From sequence record OK040170.1: a stretch of 64,000 nt of DNA; one strand, 5' to 3'. Shown piece after piece: positions 1 through 10,064 of this stretch (its first letter is position 1; every line of letters begins with the position of its first letter). The translations under genes were made by a program, and so were the position numbers. A model generated the notes under the pieces. That model saw only the letters and a list, made by a program, of their open reading frames with translations, was not told where the DNA came from and did no database searches.

Positions 1-2
1 CT

Positions 3-251
3 ATCGAAGAGTATTTGGAAGATCTCGATAAGTTAAGGGAATATTACCAGACCGGCACCGAGAATTGGCGCATCGGCACGGTAGTTAAAGAACACACCGT
101 TGAAGAGATGTTTGAGTTGCTTCGTCAGAAGTGGGGCGATGCTGATGTCAACACGACTAAAGTCAAAGCGATTGGCGGCGGGTTCTGGGAGCTCATGCGC
201 TCGGAAGGCATTCCGGAATTCTCATTTGACGGCGAAATTAAATTATATTGA
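3..251 (+). CDS. hypothetical protein, 5'-truncated by window edge
   Basis: Frame is open from base 3 to TGA at 249-251. Confidence 0.6.
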   Translation: MEEYLEDLDKLREYYQTGTENWRIGTVVKEHTVEEMFELLRQKWGDADVNTTKVKAIGGGFWELMRSEGIPEFSFDGEIKLY

Positions 252-327
252 CCTGGTCGACAGTCTGTTTATCAAACAGACCGAACTATGATGCGATCAT
301 CGCTTACTAAAAAATAGGAAGTGTGTA

Positions 328-1188
328 ATGAAATACAGAATCGATACCAATATCCACAACCCGGCCCAACCAATTTCCATCATCGTGGATCATGGCGATA
401 AGGACTGGCGCAAGAAGGCTTTCAATACCCTGGTGGAAAAATACGAACTGCAGGACGTAGACGTCAGGGATGCAATTAATCCGATTCTCACAATGTGCGA
501 AGACGGTAACAGCTGTTCTGGTCACATTGCTTTTGCGCCAAGTGGATGGAACATGGCGTACACGATCACTCGTCTCTTGGGTGAAGAAGGTTGGAACAAT
601 CTGCTCAACGCCATCTCAGCTGAACCAGCACCAACTGATGAACTGAAGGAACTGATGAGTAGCCCTCGTCGTTACGTTAGACACGATCCTAAAGTAGTGA
701 CTATCGAAATCACTGGTCAAGCACGCGCCGGTAAAACATCGGTCGCTGCTATCTTGTATCGCTTACTGGAAAGCGCCGGGGTTTCAACTACCCTGCAGTC
801 CGATGATCTGTCAGTTGTCAGTGAAACACCAGACATCATGGCAGCTGTAGCTCGCTTGAAGGCGACTGGGTCTAAGGTAGTGATCAAAGACCTGCCAAGT
901 ACTGGCGATGCTCTTAAGATGGTATATACCGTCCCTGAGCTGATCCAAATGCTTCGTGAACTTGAAGGTGGCGCCAGTCTACTGATCCGCGTAGCTGAGA
1001 ACGGCACCCTCTATCGTGAAGAGTACGAGTATACCCCGGTAGAAACGTTCAATGCGCTTCTCGACCTGTCGCTGATCGGTTACGCCGGTAACCCGCACCA
1101 TGGTTCCGTTGAACTCACTTCACTGGGTCAAGTTGTATTCGATCAGTACACTGCGTTTATCGCCGATGAAGAAGACGAAGAAGTATAA
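328..1188 (+). CDS. hypothetical protein with central P-loop-like motif
   Basis: 286 aa, ITGQARAGKTS resembles Walker A; followed by terminator. Confidence 0.7.
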   Translation: MKYRIDTNIHNPAQPISIIVDHGDKDWRKKAFNTLVEKYELQDVDVRDAINPILTMCEDGNSCSGHIAFAPSGWNMAYTITRLLGEEGWNNLLNAISAEPAPTDELKELMSSPRRYVRHDPKVVTIEITGQARAGKTSVAAILYRLLESAGVSTTLQSDDLSVVSETPDIMAAVARLKATGSKVVIKDLPSTGDALKMVYTVPELIQMLRELEGGASLLIRVAENGTLYREEYEYTPVETFNALLDLSLIGYAGNPHHGSVELTSLGQVVFDQYTAFIADEEDEEV

Positions 1189-1196
1189 GTCATAAC

Positions 1197-1228
1197 AGCT
1201 AGGGGTTTTCCCCTAGCTTTTTATTTTT
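1197..1228 (+). terminator. intrinsic terminator
   Basis: agctagggg-tttt-cccctagct then ttttattttt. Confidence 0.85.
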
Positions 1229-1239
1229 TGGAGCAATGT

Positions 1240-1683
1240 ATGTTTGAATGGTTAAAACGTTTGATTCAAAAGGATTATTACCAACGTAAGTTAGAGATGA
1301 ATATCCGACTTTGGACACTGCATTTACGTGACCACAGAGGAACGGACTGTTATACGTTCACAACGAGATTGGATGCCAATCCTCGGTTCCACAAGTACGG
1401 TGAGAATCATACTCGTAACTATTATTACAACCTGGCGTTAGATGCATTTACCCGGATGCGGGACAACGGTAGGTTGAAAGAATTCAAGTTAACGGAGAGC
1501 TCTGATTACATTCGCTGCTACTACCGTTTTCCCACTAAGTCAGGTACAGTACATCACCACTACATCTCGCTCGCTTACTTTGACGTCGTTGATTTTGCAG
1601 TTGAGATGGATGCAATCATGGATTTCAGTAGGGTCACCAAACGTAACGTCAGATTCGGTTACCTTAGCACGAGGTATTTTTAA
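1240..1683 (+). CDS. hypothetical protein
   Basis: GGAG RBS at 1230 favours ATG 1240. Confidence 0.7.
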   Translation: MFEWLKRLIQKDYYQRKLEMNIRLWTLHLRDHRGTDCYTFTTRLDANPRFHKYGENHTRNYYYNLALDAFTRMRDNGRLKEFKLTESSDYIRCYYRFPTKSGTVHHHYISLAYFDVVDFAVEMDAIMDFSRVTKRNVRFGYLSTRYF

Positions 1684-1900
1684 ACTCTCGTTAAGTAAAT
1701 CGTAAAACTAACTTTTTGCATCTTTGTTTGGGTTGTATTTCAACATGGCTAACCCTTCGGTTTAAGATAAGTCATCATAGAACAGGTCGGAGTCTGATTA
1801 TTTTTTACGGGTCTAATGGTAGTATGAAGCTAACCCTCAAACCGTTAGCCGTGGGGAGAATAGTTGGAGTGGTTAACCCCACTCCAACCTATTTAACGTC

Positions 1901-1916
1901 TATATTACCTTTTTGA
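1901..1916 (+). promoter_or_regulatory. phiKZ-type early promoter TATATTAC-N5-TGA
   Basis: Matches the phiKZ early consensus TATATTAC; intergenic, upstream of 1954. Confidence 0.8.
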
Positions 1917-1953
1917 ATAGCAGTTCAAATTAACCTAAATAAGGAACACTAAA

Positions 1954-2460
1954 ATGACTACTCTAGAATCCCGTAAAGAAGCTCTGAAACACTTCATCCA
2001 GTCTCCAGCTACCGCTGAAGCCATCAGTGAATTCCGTCGCGATGAAGATCGTAAAGTTGGTAAGTTTATCGATACCGTTATGGGTGATGTGGAACGTGCG
2101 ATGGGAGTCATGTTTACTGACCTGGCTTCGATCTCCGCCACCGCCTGCCTGGCTGACAAATGGGCGGTTCACTCAAACCAAGGTGGCGAATCCTATTTCA
2201 GCTACAAAGCAGAAGTGGCGGGTTACACTGTCATCGGTACTATTGAAGTTAACTCTACTGTTACCTTCAGAATCAAATACAACGAAGAAGATTACAGTCG
2301 TATTACTTCCGGTGTATGTTTCTGCGCTATGCATCGTACCGAAGTTATCAAGCAACTCGAAGCTCTCCTCACACTGCATTATCCGGATATCGCAGTAATG
2401 GTAGATACGCCAAAGATCGACTTCACTAACGAAGCCATGAACAAAACCATCCGTCAATAA
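1954..2460 (+). CDS. hypothetical early protein
   Basis: 168 aa, AAGGA RBS, follows early promoter. Confidence 0.8.
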   Translation: MTTLESRKEALKHFIQSPATAEAISEFRRDEDRKVGKFIDTVMGDVERAMGVMFTDLASISATACLADKWAVHSNQGGESYFSYKAEVAGYTVIGTIEVNSTVTFRIKYNEEDYSRITSGVCFCAMHRTEVIKQLEALLTLHYPDIAVMVDTPKIDFTNEAMNKTIRQ

Positions 2461-2473
2461 TTCTAAGGAGAAA

Positions 2474-3007
2474 ATGATGGGAACTTATATTTACGCAGAG
2501 TCACAATGTAAGAAAGGTAAGACCTGGGTTGATACTTACAGCTCCTTCGGTCCTTTAAAAAGTAGCGAGCTTAGCCAACTATTTGGTTGGGGTAAATCAA
2601 ATTACCTGGCCGATGAGGTAGGCTTTATCCTTTCTAAACACAACGGTGCGCCGGAGGTTTTATTCTCATCTGAGTTTGAGTGGGATTACGACTACGCTCG
2701 TAACTGGTTTATGGGCTCTGAATTAATTGCTCTGATGGATTCGGGTAAGACCATTCCTCGTCGCGGTTATCTTTCCCGTAAGGAATTCTTGACCTGGGAC
2801 GGGAAAAGTGAATTGGATAGCTACTCAGGCAACGCTTGGGGCAAAACCGTCCATATGGCTGCGGCGAATAAAGTGGATGATTACGATTGCGTTCTGGTTA
2901 CCTGGGAAAGTACGCTTAGTTCGGTGTTAGGCACCTTCGGCACTTTTGTACGTGAAGAAGTTGCTGAGCATGGCGATGTTCGTATCGTTTATGGTTTCGA
3001 TCAATAA
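2474..3007 (+). CDS. conserved-type phage hypothetical protein
   Basis: 177 aa, AAGGAG RBS, ends RIVYGFDQ. Confidence 0.8.
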   Translation: MMGTYIYAESQCKKGKTWVDTYSSFGPLKSSELSQLFGWGKSNYLADEVGFILSKHNGAPEVLFSSEFEWDYDYARNWFMGSELIALMDSGKTIPRRGYLSRKEFLTWDGKSELDSYSGNAWGKTVHMAAANKVDDYDCVLVTWESTLSSVLGTFGTFVREEVAEHGDVRIVYGFDQ

Positions 3008-3022
3008 CTCCAAGGAGGAGAC

Positions 3023-3463
3023 ATGACCCTTTTAGCGCGCTACATTAAAGCTAACGAACCGGCACCTAAAGTGGATAAGGATGAGGAGTTTATCGAGAAG
3101 GTAAAACTAAACGCCTCGCTGGTAGTTATTGGGTACGTAACTGATATCTACGAGTCGGCCAAGAAACTCATCGATGAGAAGTCCAATCCGCTTTATTGGA
3201 CAATGTCCGTCAATGAGGAGAAAAACGAACTCACGGCGAAGAGTCGTAATACTTTCAAACGCGAAGGTATTACTTTCGATGTTGAGATAATTATCGTATC
3301 CCAGCCCGATAAAGAAAGTCTCATTGTCAAGTACGGCTTTGATGATGAGAAAGTCAAGTACATCGTTCAATACTACAGCGCTGACATAGAGGCGCTGATT
3401 GAATCGACCTTGGCGATGTCGAACTATAATTTCAGTAACGTGGAAATCGAGTTCCCTTATTAA
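3023..3463 (+). CDS. hypothetical protein
   Basis: 146 aa, AGGAGG RBS. Confidence 0.8.
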   Translation: MTLLARYIKANEPAPKVDKDEEFIEKVKLNASLVVIGYVTDIYESAKKLIDEKSNPLYWTMSVNEEKNELTAKSRNTFKREGITFDVEIIIVSQPDKESLIVKYGFDDEKVKYIVQYYSADIEALIESTLAMSNYNFSNVEIEFPY

Positions 3464-3480
3464 AGGTGGAGGATAATAGC

Positions 3481-3876
3481 ATGGGTTTAGATATTGATTT
3501 TTGCAAAGTACCAAAAAGTGCAGTTGATCCCAAAGTCGTGGAAGTACACGAACGTTTCGGTGCACTCAGTGAAAATGGCTGTAGTTACATGATAGATTAC
3601 CCTCGTTTGTCCGATAACCCGGAGAAAGAAGAGATTCAATATTACCGCAAGTGGCACGACGTTAGAAATACCATGACGGGGTTGTTTGATGCTACCAACC
3701 AATGCGACTACTATTTATTGACTAAGGAAGATGTCGCACTACTACTTGAGAACGTTGAGAATAGCGATGGCTGGTTGCTTGAATCTGAGCGAGTTGAATT
3801 TATCGCCATGATCAAGTCTAAACTTCTCGACTTCCCGTTCGATACCCACTATCTGACATACTCCTGGATTTCTTGA
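3481..3876 (+). CDS. hypothetical protein
   Basis: GGAGG RBS before ATG 3481; MGLDIDF and YYRKWH motifs typical of a common phage family. Confidence 0.75.
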   Translation: MGLDIDFCKVPKSAVDPKVVEVHERFGALSENGCSYMIDYPRLSDNPEKEEIQYYRKWHDVRNTMTGLFDATNQCDYYLLTKEDVALLLENVENSDGWLLESERVEFIAMIKSKLLDFPFDTHYLTYSWIS

Positions 3877-3905
3877 TTTAACCGCAAATAGCTAAAGGTC
3901 TTAAA

Positions 3906-4190
3906 ATGGCAAGGTCAGTTCTCTTTATCGCAATCCCGGTTATCGTTGTCACCGCTGTTGGTTATTACCAAAACCTCACTGCAAACACCAAGATCACATC
4001 GGAGATCGAATCGATGGGATACAAAGGGGTTAACTTGATGCAGCGTACCATGGACTGCTCAAGGGGTTATAGCGGGGAGATCTTCACCGGGACTAGCGAA
4101 AAGAATGAACGTGTCTATGCAGCTTTCTGCACAGCAGATAACCAACCTCCGTTCATCGAGGTGATCCGTAACTCTGGAGAAATAAAGTGA
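3906..4190 (+). CDS. small membrane-anchored protein
   Basis: N-terminal hydrophobic stretch, two Cys. Confidence 0.7.
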   Translation: MARSVLFIAIPVIVVTAVGYYQNLTANTKITSEIESMGYKGVNLMQRTMDCSRGYSGEIFTGTSEKNERVYAAFCTADNQPPFIEVIRNSGEIK

Positions 4191-4867
4191 AAACCGTAGA
4201 GAAGAAGATTCGATCAGAGCTTCAAATTGCAAACTACGAGCGTTACTTCGGTGACCATTCCGTAGAACACGCACGTAAGGTCGCAGAGCTGGCTACTCAG
4301 TTGGCCGAATTCCGCTGGACTGGTCATTGCCCGGAACGCGTAGTTTCTCAATATCGTTCATCTGATTATTGGGAGCGTCTGCTGGATATCAACTACAAAA
4401 CGTATTGTCGTCTGGTTTCCAGTGACCATTACAAATTCATCATGGACTATCTGTTCAAGATGGAGAACGCAGCCGGGAACTATCGTGAAGCTACCAAAAC
4501 GGCGATCAAAGTCTTCTACGCCATCTCCGGATATTCTCAGTTCGAAGACCTGACGGATGTCGAAAAAGCATCGATTCCGTTCATTGTCAATATGGACATC
4601 TGGCGCCGTAATATCATTGCGAGCGATTTCAGTTTCTCCGCTGAATCGGCCGAGTTCCTGGAAACATTTGTAGATCCCATCTACGTCGGCATGGATACGT
4701 TCCAGTTCGATGAAGACAACGACGATGAGTCGTGGGGTATCGCCAAGGTAACTACCGCTAAAGAGCTACTGAGCCTGATGGTTGCAGTTAGCCGTTTCAT
4801 CCTCAAACAGGATGAGGCGGAAGCGCAGGAACTCAACGGTCATGGGTTCCCTGATCGCATTGGTTGA
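4187..4867 (+). CDS. hypothetical protein
   Basis: 226 aa, GTGA overlap with upstream stop. Confidence 0.75.
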   Translation: MKTVEKKIRSELQIANYERYFGDHSVEHARKVAELATQLAEFRWTGHCPERVVSQYRSSDYWERLLDINYKTYCRLVSSDHYKFIMDYLFKMENAAGNYREATKTAIKVFYAISGYSQFEDLTDVEKASIPFIVNMDIWRRNIIASDFSFSAESAEFLETFVDPIYVGMDTFQFDEDNDDESWGIAKVTTAKELLSLMVAVSRFILKQDEAEAQELNGHGFPDRIG

Positions 4868-4934
4868 TTAAAACGTCATAGCCCAGGGGATTAACTCCCC
4901 TGGGAATTATTCACTTTGTTTAGTAAGGGACAAC

Positions 4935-5414
4935 ATGAACAGCAAGCTTTTGAATCCTGTAAAATCTGGACTATTAATCCTGATCTCCGCATTGGTCGTC
5001 AACTTCTTTAGTGAGGGAGACTCATTCTACAACTTCCTTAAAGTAATCGCCCTTTATACAGTTCTGGAAATTGCCAGTCTGTATATCGGCGGCGCTATAA
5101 ATAATAAAACCTTAGGTAACCCTAAGAAAGTTTACAGCAACAGTAAATATTACGTAGAGGCTAATAAAAGTCTCAACCATTTCTTCCTGGTAGACAAAAC
5201 GCCGTACAGCAACATTAACCGGGCTATCATCGAAGTCTCTGAGGCGACTGAAGAAAGGCTCGATGATAAGTCGCCGTTAATCAAAGCGTTTGTCATCGCA
5301 ATCCTGGAATCTCAAGGCTGGTCAATGAAGGATATCCTCGAAGCAGTGTTATTCGAGGATGAATATCCGAAAGAAATGAAAGCGGCTAGGGACTTTGTCA
5401 GTACCATCGGTTAA
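4935..5414 (+). CDS. membrane protein (2 N-terminal TM segments)
   Basis: Two hydrophobic segments in first 55 aa. Confidence 0.7.
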   Translation: MNSKLLNPVKSGLLILISALVVNFFSEGDSFYNFLKVIALYTVLEIASLYIGGAINNKTLGNPKKVYSNSKYYVEANKSLNHFFLVDKTPYSNINRAIIEVSEATEERLDDKSPLIKAFVIAILESQGWSMKDILEAVLFEDEYPKEMKAARDFVSTIG

Positions 5415-5433
5415 TTAAAAAAGGAAAAAAGAC

Positions 5434-5958
5434 ATGATCGTAAGCATGATTTTAGCACTGGACAAAAACATGTTGGTTGGTAAGGATGATACCTTGCCAT
5501 GGAACGAACCTATCGACATGCAGTGGTTCAAACGCAAGACTCGGCACAAAGCCATTCTCATGGGCTACCGTACCTACATGGGTATTGGTAAACCTTTACC
5601 TGGTCGTTTGAATCTAGTGATGGCCAGCAGCGAACCAGAAGTCCATGGCGCCGCTGTAGTACCTGATCTGTACGACGCTACTCAAGCTGCTAAGAAACAC
5701 CACTACAACGAGCTGGTGATCTGTGGCGGCCCTAGTTTATACAACCGTTACATTCTCTCGGTAGATAAGATCTACCTGACCGTATTAGAAAATGAATACG
5801 AAGGTAACGTCTACCTGAAGAACGATGTCATCGCAGAACTCATGCGCGTTCAGTCTAAAGAGACACTGACTGAGTCGGGTTTTGTTTTGGAGGATATCCG
5901 CACCGTTGAAGGTGTTGGTCAATTCAAAATCTTTACGCGCGTCCGTCGTCCACTTTAA
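5434..5958 (+). CDS. folA: dihydrofolate reductase
   Basis: LVGKDDTLPW, DMQWFKRKT, AILMGYRTY, KPLPGRLNLV, ICGGPSLY motifs. Confidence 0.95.
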   Translation: MIVSMILALDKNMLVGKDDTLPWNEPIDMQWFKRKTRHKAILMGYRTYMGIGKPLPGRLNLVMASSEPEVHGAAVVPDLYDATQAAKKHHYNELVICGGPSLYNRYILSVDKIYLTVLENEYEGNVYLKNDVIAELMRVQSKETLTESGFVLEDIRTVEGVGQFKIFTRVRRPL

Positions 5959-5977
5959 ATAGTCCCTGGAGAAAAGA

Positions 5978-6310
5978 ATGAAGGCAACAACCCGTACCTA
6001 CGACCGGGATACGATCGAATATATCGATGCCCTGTTGTTCGAAGGTAAGAAAGGTACCCTGGTGCAACGTGACGGTAAGATGTATTTCTACTGCGACGAA
6101 ATGCGCTTGGACTGCGGTGAGGTAGAAAGGACTAAACCCGTTGCTAATGACTCAACGGAAAACCTACTCTTTACCACGGCACCAAATGAAGAGTACGGTA
6201 AGGAGTTCAAGGAAAATGGTGACTTCATCATTCTTCGTGAGAACACCCATTACGGTCTGGTATTCCGTGGCAAGAAAATTCGCCCACTTAAATTTGCGGA
6301 GATAGCATGA
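5978..6310 (+). CDS. hypothetical protein
   Basis: 110 aa, GGAG RBS. Confidence 0.75.
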   Translation: MKATTRTYDRDTIEYIDALLFEGKKGTLVQRDGKMYFYCDEMRLDCGEVERTKPVANDSTENLLFTTAPNEEYGKEFKENGDFIILRENTHYGLVFRGKKIRPLKFAEIA

Positions 6311-7287
6311 TTAAGTTCTTTAAGGGTTTATTCGGTTTTAATCAAGAGTCGGTAGTAGAACGTAACTTGGTAGAAAAAGAGACCGACGAAGAACTTAACA
6401 CATCCGCTGAGCTGGATAAGGCGGAGTTGGAAGTTCTCGATTACAGTAATCTAGTTAAGGGTCGTGCTGCTAAAGTAGCTGACGCGGCATTGTCGTTAAC
6501 AGGGTTCTATTTGAACAATGGGACTACCGAAGTTATCCAGCAACATAATGGCGTTATCTCAGTGACATCTGCGCAGTGCCTCTATTTTGCAAATAGTTAT
6601 TTGGAATCTAAAGAACTGATAACCGGCAATCGCTCAGTTTCTCCTTATCTGAATGACCTCTTTACTTCCGAGGTAGATCGTTTGATGGCCGGGAAAGGCT
6701 ACTATCCAACAGATGCCGTGCAGATATTTCGGGTAGACCCTACCTGCAGTTATAACCACCACGCCGTACATGGTAGTCAGACAACAGGTTACGTGGAATT
6801 TGTTTTGAGCCGCAACTACGTCAAGGAGGGGGTTGATCTGATACTCAAAGGCATCGCTGCGTACAAACTGGATTTTGAAGCGGCCAAGGCCAATATGATG
6901 AAGAAACACTTCACTAATCGTTTCCGTCCGGTGATCGAGTGCTTAAACGATCTCTATCTGAAAAGTATTACGGATCTGCCAGCGACCAACTATAACCCAA
7001 TGGATCGTAGTGGTTTGTTAACGGTACCGCTCGGTCAACACTTCGAAGATATAGGGTTGAGTACCGAGCTGTCGTTAGGTCGATTCCGGTATACCACCGA
7101 TCGTTTTGAGGTTGATTACTACCTTAACGATCAAGATGAAGAGTTCATCTATACAGTACATGATCTTCGTGCTGTCGTCTCGTTCCTCTGGGAAGCTCTT
7201 GACCCTATCGTGAAAGTTGGTAAGTTAAACGTCTCTGTCGATCAGCGTGGCGGTGACGCTCGCTACACAATCTCAGTATCATTTTAA
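6307..7287 (+). CDS. hypothetical protein
   Basis: 326 aa, ATGA overlap. Confidence 0.8.
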   Translation: MIKFFKGLFGFNQESVVERNLVEKETDEELNTSAELDKAELEVLDYSNLVKGRAAKVADAALSLTGFYLNNGTTEVIQQHNGVISVTSAQCLYFANSYLESKELITGNRSVSPYLNDLFTSEVDRLMAGKGYYPTDAVQIFRVDPTCSYNHHAVHGSQTTGYVEFVLSRNYVKEGVDLILKGIAAYKLDFEAAKANMMKKHFTNRFRPVIECLNDLYLKSITDLPATNYNPMDRSGLLTVPLGQHFEDIGLSTELSLGRFRYTTDRFEVDYYLNDQDEEFIYTVHDLRAVVSFLWEALDPIVKVGKLNVSVDQRGGDARYTISVSF

Positions 7288-7345
7288 AATAACGCCTTCC
7301 TCTATTCAGATAGAGGAAGGTTCTATTCTGTCCTAGGAGATAACC

Positions 7346-7804
7346 ATGCTTGCAACGTTAGTAGATATCATCCGTACTTACGAAAAAGAAGTGAAACGTT
7401 ACATTACCCTGCACTTCTCTGCTAACCCGAACGATTTGGCGTTTGGTTTTGGTAAACTGTATCCGGGTAAAGGTCACTTCGTCTCTCTGGCACGAGAGAA
7501 CCCTAACACGATCATTGTCGATGGTCAGTTCCGTTGTGTCTGGATCGACAACGACGTCGACTTCGAAACACTCTTCCATGAGATTCGGGCTACAGAATTG
7601 CCTGTCCACGTATTCGGTTCCGGTAGTGTAAGGATGCCTGAGGATTTAGGTCCTGAGCGCATGAACTACGGGTTCCCTGTAAAAATGGTATTCGTTGCAC
7701 ATGTGGCAATTGAGTACCTCCGTGGCCACGGGGTAATTGAGGTAGTCTTGGTGCGAGACATCCGTCAGCCTTCTCGCGTCTCTCAAACTTTCGAGATTGA
7801 ATAA
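7346..7804 (+). CDS. hypothetical protein
   Basis: 152 aa, AGGAG RBS. Confidence 0.75.
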   Translation: MLATLVDIIRTYEKEVKRYITLHFSANPNDLAFGFGKLYPGKGHFVSLARENPNTIIVDGQFRCVWIDNDVDFETLFHEIRATELPVHVFGSGSVRMPEDLGPERMNYGFPVKMVFVAHVAIEYLRGHGVIEVVLVRDIRQPSRVSQTFEIE

Positions 7805-8190
7805 TGAGCGACAAAATCGTTCGGGTCTATTCTGGGTCACTTACCCCGGCCCTCAGCGCAGTCCTGTTGGAATATAACACCAACCAAAGCGCTATCCTTC
7901 AAGCGGCTAATAAACCCGGTGAGTTCATCCTGGGGAAAAGCGGTTTCCATTTCCTCATGGTAGACGATACCGTTGGAACGGAACGGATGAAGTTTCTTTC
8001 CGATCGAAATAACTACCCAGATGCCACCGTTGTCATTAGTTGTATTTCTACGAAATTCAGCGACCTGGTCGCACTAGGTTACATTAGTTCATCCCACATG
8101 ACCATAGATGTTATTGATGGTGAACTCTGTGCTACCGTCAACCGTAGCAACTATTTATCAATGGGGACCGTGATACGCATATGTTACTGA
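7804..8190 (+). CDS. hypothetical protein
   Basis: 128 aa, TAATG overlap. Confidence 0.7.
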   Translation: MSDKIVRVYSGSLTPALSAVLLEYNTNQSAILQAANKPGEFILGKSGFHFLMVDDTVGTERMKFLSDRNNYPDATVVISCISTKFSDLVALGYISSSHMTIDVIDGELCATVNRSNYLSMGTVIRICY

Positions 8191-8288
8191 TCGACGAACC
8201 TGAAGACCGTGGAGCATTTCAGCAGGAAGACCCCTCTGACTTCACCGGCAACCAACCCGTAAACTCTTAATCGAAAGGTAGATAATAA

Positions 8289-9947
8289 ATGGAACAGATT
8301 CAAAACGCAGGTACTGAACACGAAGCTGGTAAATCTCAATTCGACTTCGACCTGTTGGTTGAAGTAGTAAAAGAAAACATCAAACTCAACAGTAGCGCAC
8401 CTAACCTCCGTTTCGGCGAAAGCTCGTTCTTCCCACTCTTCCGCGTCAACGTGGCGCACGCTAACTCGAGCAAATCTCTGTACGACATTTACCTGGACTC
8501 CTTCGGTGAACAGGATCGCAAAGAGCTGACCTGCCGGACCTGTAAGCGTTGGTTGGAAGCTAACGGCAATCTCGTTACCATCGGTGCCGGCGGAGAAGTT
8601 TCATCTGTCGCTTTTAATACCGAGACTGGTAAGTTGGCCGAACTGCCAGTGGAAGTCTCTAACCTGCTTCTGAAGCTCCAGAGTGCAGTTGAGCGTTCTC
8701 CGGTTAATGGTTACCGTACACTTAGCCGCGGTAGCGATACTGCAGTACCTAACGATGGTCGGTGGCTGCACTTCCACGGTACCCTGGGTTCTATTCCTCT
8801 GAACCCGGTCAAAGTTAACTACGCAGGTGAAGAGAATGCGGCGGCTGAGAAAGTATTGGTAATGCGCAATGCGCTGAACCGTTGGTCTCTGGATATTCTG
8901 TCTCATGCAAAAGCGCTGGCTACCTACGGTGCTCTGCGCAATCACCGCCATCGTAACCGCATCAAGCAGTACGTCGATAACGCTAAGCTGTACCATGCGA
9001 TTAAAGACAACCGTAAGCGTGATGCACTGGTTTGGCTGTGGGCTAATACCCTGACTCCAGATCAGACTAACGTAGTCGGTACATCCCTGGGCATGTTGTT
9101 CGACGCCCTGGTGGAAGGCGGTGAGGATCTGGCACTGACTCGTTATATCCGTGAAACTGACGGTGTTAACTATCAGCGGCCGACTGAAGAGCCTACAGTA
9201 CGTGAGCTCGATGAAGCACAAGAGCTGGTGTCTAAGAACGGTTGGGATCGTTCGTTCCACCGTACCGCTGCTAAGCTGGAAGACATCCAGTACCTGTTCT
9301 GGGTACCGGGTGAAACTAAGCAGGAAGAAGGTCGCCAGGGTGTATTCAGCCAGGTGAAAACCAAGGATGCGCAACCTGAGAAGGCGGCAGTTGAAGGTGG
9401 CCGTATCTCGATTCTGGACTTCATGTCTAAAGTCGTACCTAACGCTACTTCTATCCAGTTCAAGTTCAATCCTCGCGGCGTGTTTAACTTCCTGTTCTAC
9501 ACGAAAGCCGAATTCGCCGATGCACCTCCTATCCTGAAGTGGGATCGCGAAGACCGCCGTAATACCGTTTCCGGTTACCAGTATAGCCAGTCAATCTATC
9601 CTGAGTATGCCGGTATCGATTCTCCACGTGTCGACGTCATTGGGATTACGGTTCCGCCTGAAACCTGGGCTAACCCAGAGATGGAGTACGGTACAATGAA
9701 GGACCCAGTGTTCTTGCTTAAAGGTGCGTACGATATCCGTAACAGCCAGAGCGCTTTGTTCCCTGAGAACATGCGTCATGAGCTGCACGGTTCCCGTCGC
9801 GTTATTGAAGCGTTCTCTTCCAGCACACCGCTGGCTGATAAAGTCGGCGTAACAGGTATTACTCCGATCAACTTCCCGCAATTGACCGCGGAAGTAGTTA
9901 CTAAAGACGGCGAGAAAGTGAGCTACTCGTTTATCGGTAATCACTAA
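8289..9947 (+). CDS. large conserved-type phage hypothetical protein with CxxC motif
   Basis: 552 aa, CRTC, WLHFH and LKWDREDRRN motifs; strongly biased codon usage. Confidence 0.8.
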   Translation: MEQIQNAGTEHEAGKSQFDFDLLVEVVKENIKLNSSAPNLRFGESSFFPLFRVNVAHANSSKSLYDIYLDSFGEQDRKELTCRTCKRWLEANGNLVTIGAGGEVSSVAFNTETGKLAELPVEVSNLLLKLQSAVERSPVNGYRTLSRGSDTAVPNDGRWLHFHGTLGSIPLNPVKVNYAGEENAAAEKVLVMRNALNRWSLDILSHAKALATYGALRNHRHRNRIKQYVDNAKLYHAIKDNRKRDALVWLWANTLTPDQTNVVGTSLGMLFDALVEGGEDLALTRYIRETDGVNYQRPTEEPTVRELDEAQELVSKNGWDRSFHRTAAKLEDIQYLFWVPGETKQEEGRQGVFSQVKTKDAQPEKAAVEGGRISILDFMSKVVPNATSIQFKFNPRGVFNFLFYTKAEFADAPPILKWDREDRRNTVSGYQYSQSIYPEYAGIDSPRVDVIGITVPPETWANPEMEYGTMKDPVFLLKGAYDIRNSQSALFPENMRHELHGSRRVIEAFSSSTPLADKVGVTGITPINFPQLTAEVVTKDGEKVSYSFIGNH

Positions 9948-9961
9948 TCGTTGTTCATATC

Positions 9962-9990
9962 GGCGGGGATTTTCCCCGCCTTTATTTTTT
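9962..9990 (+). terminator. intrinsic terminator
   Basis: ggcgggga-ttt-tccccgcc then tttatttttt. Confidence 0.85.
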
Positions 9991-10016
9991 GTTTGAATCT
10001 AAACTTTTTTGAAGCC

Positions 10017-10032
10017 TATATTACTTTATTGA
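10017..10032 (+). promoter_or_regulatory. phiKZ-type early promoter TATATTAC-N5-TGA
   Basis: Consensus match upstream of ATG 10065. Confidence 0.8.
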
Positions 10033-10064
10033 GGATAGAATTCCAATTTAGCGGAGAAACTTTT

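Noticed and set aside
1716-1916. 66-aa ORF in the intergenic gap
   Set aside because: TTG start, no RBS, overlaps hairpin and promoter.
8181-8270. 29-aa acidic ORF MLLIDEPEDRGAFQQEDPSDFTGNQPVNS
   Set aside because: Weak RBS and no motif; may be real but cannot be supported from sequence alone.
9951-10064. N-terminal extension of the ART-like ORF given in the track
   Set aside because: Runs through a terminator and the early promoter; the RBS supports ATG 10065.
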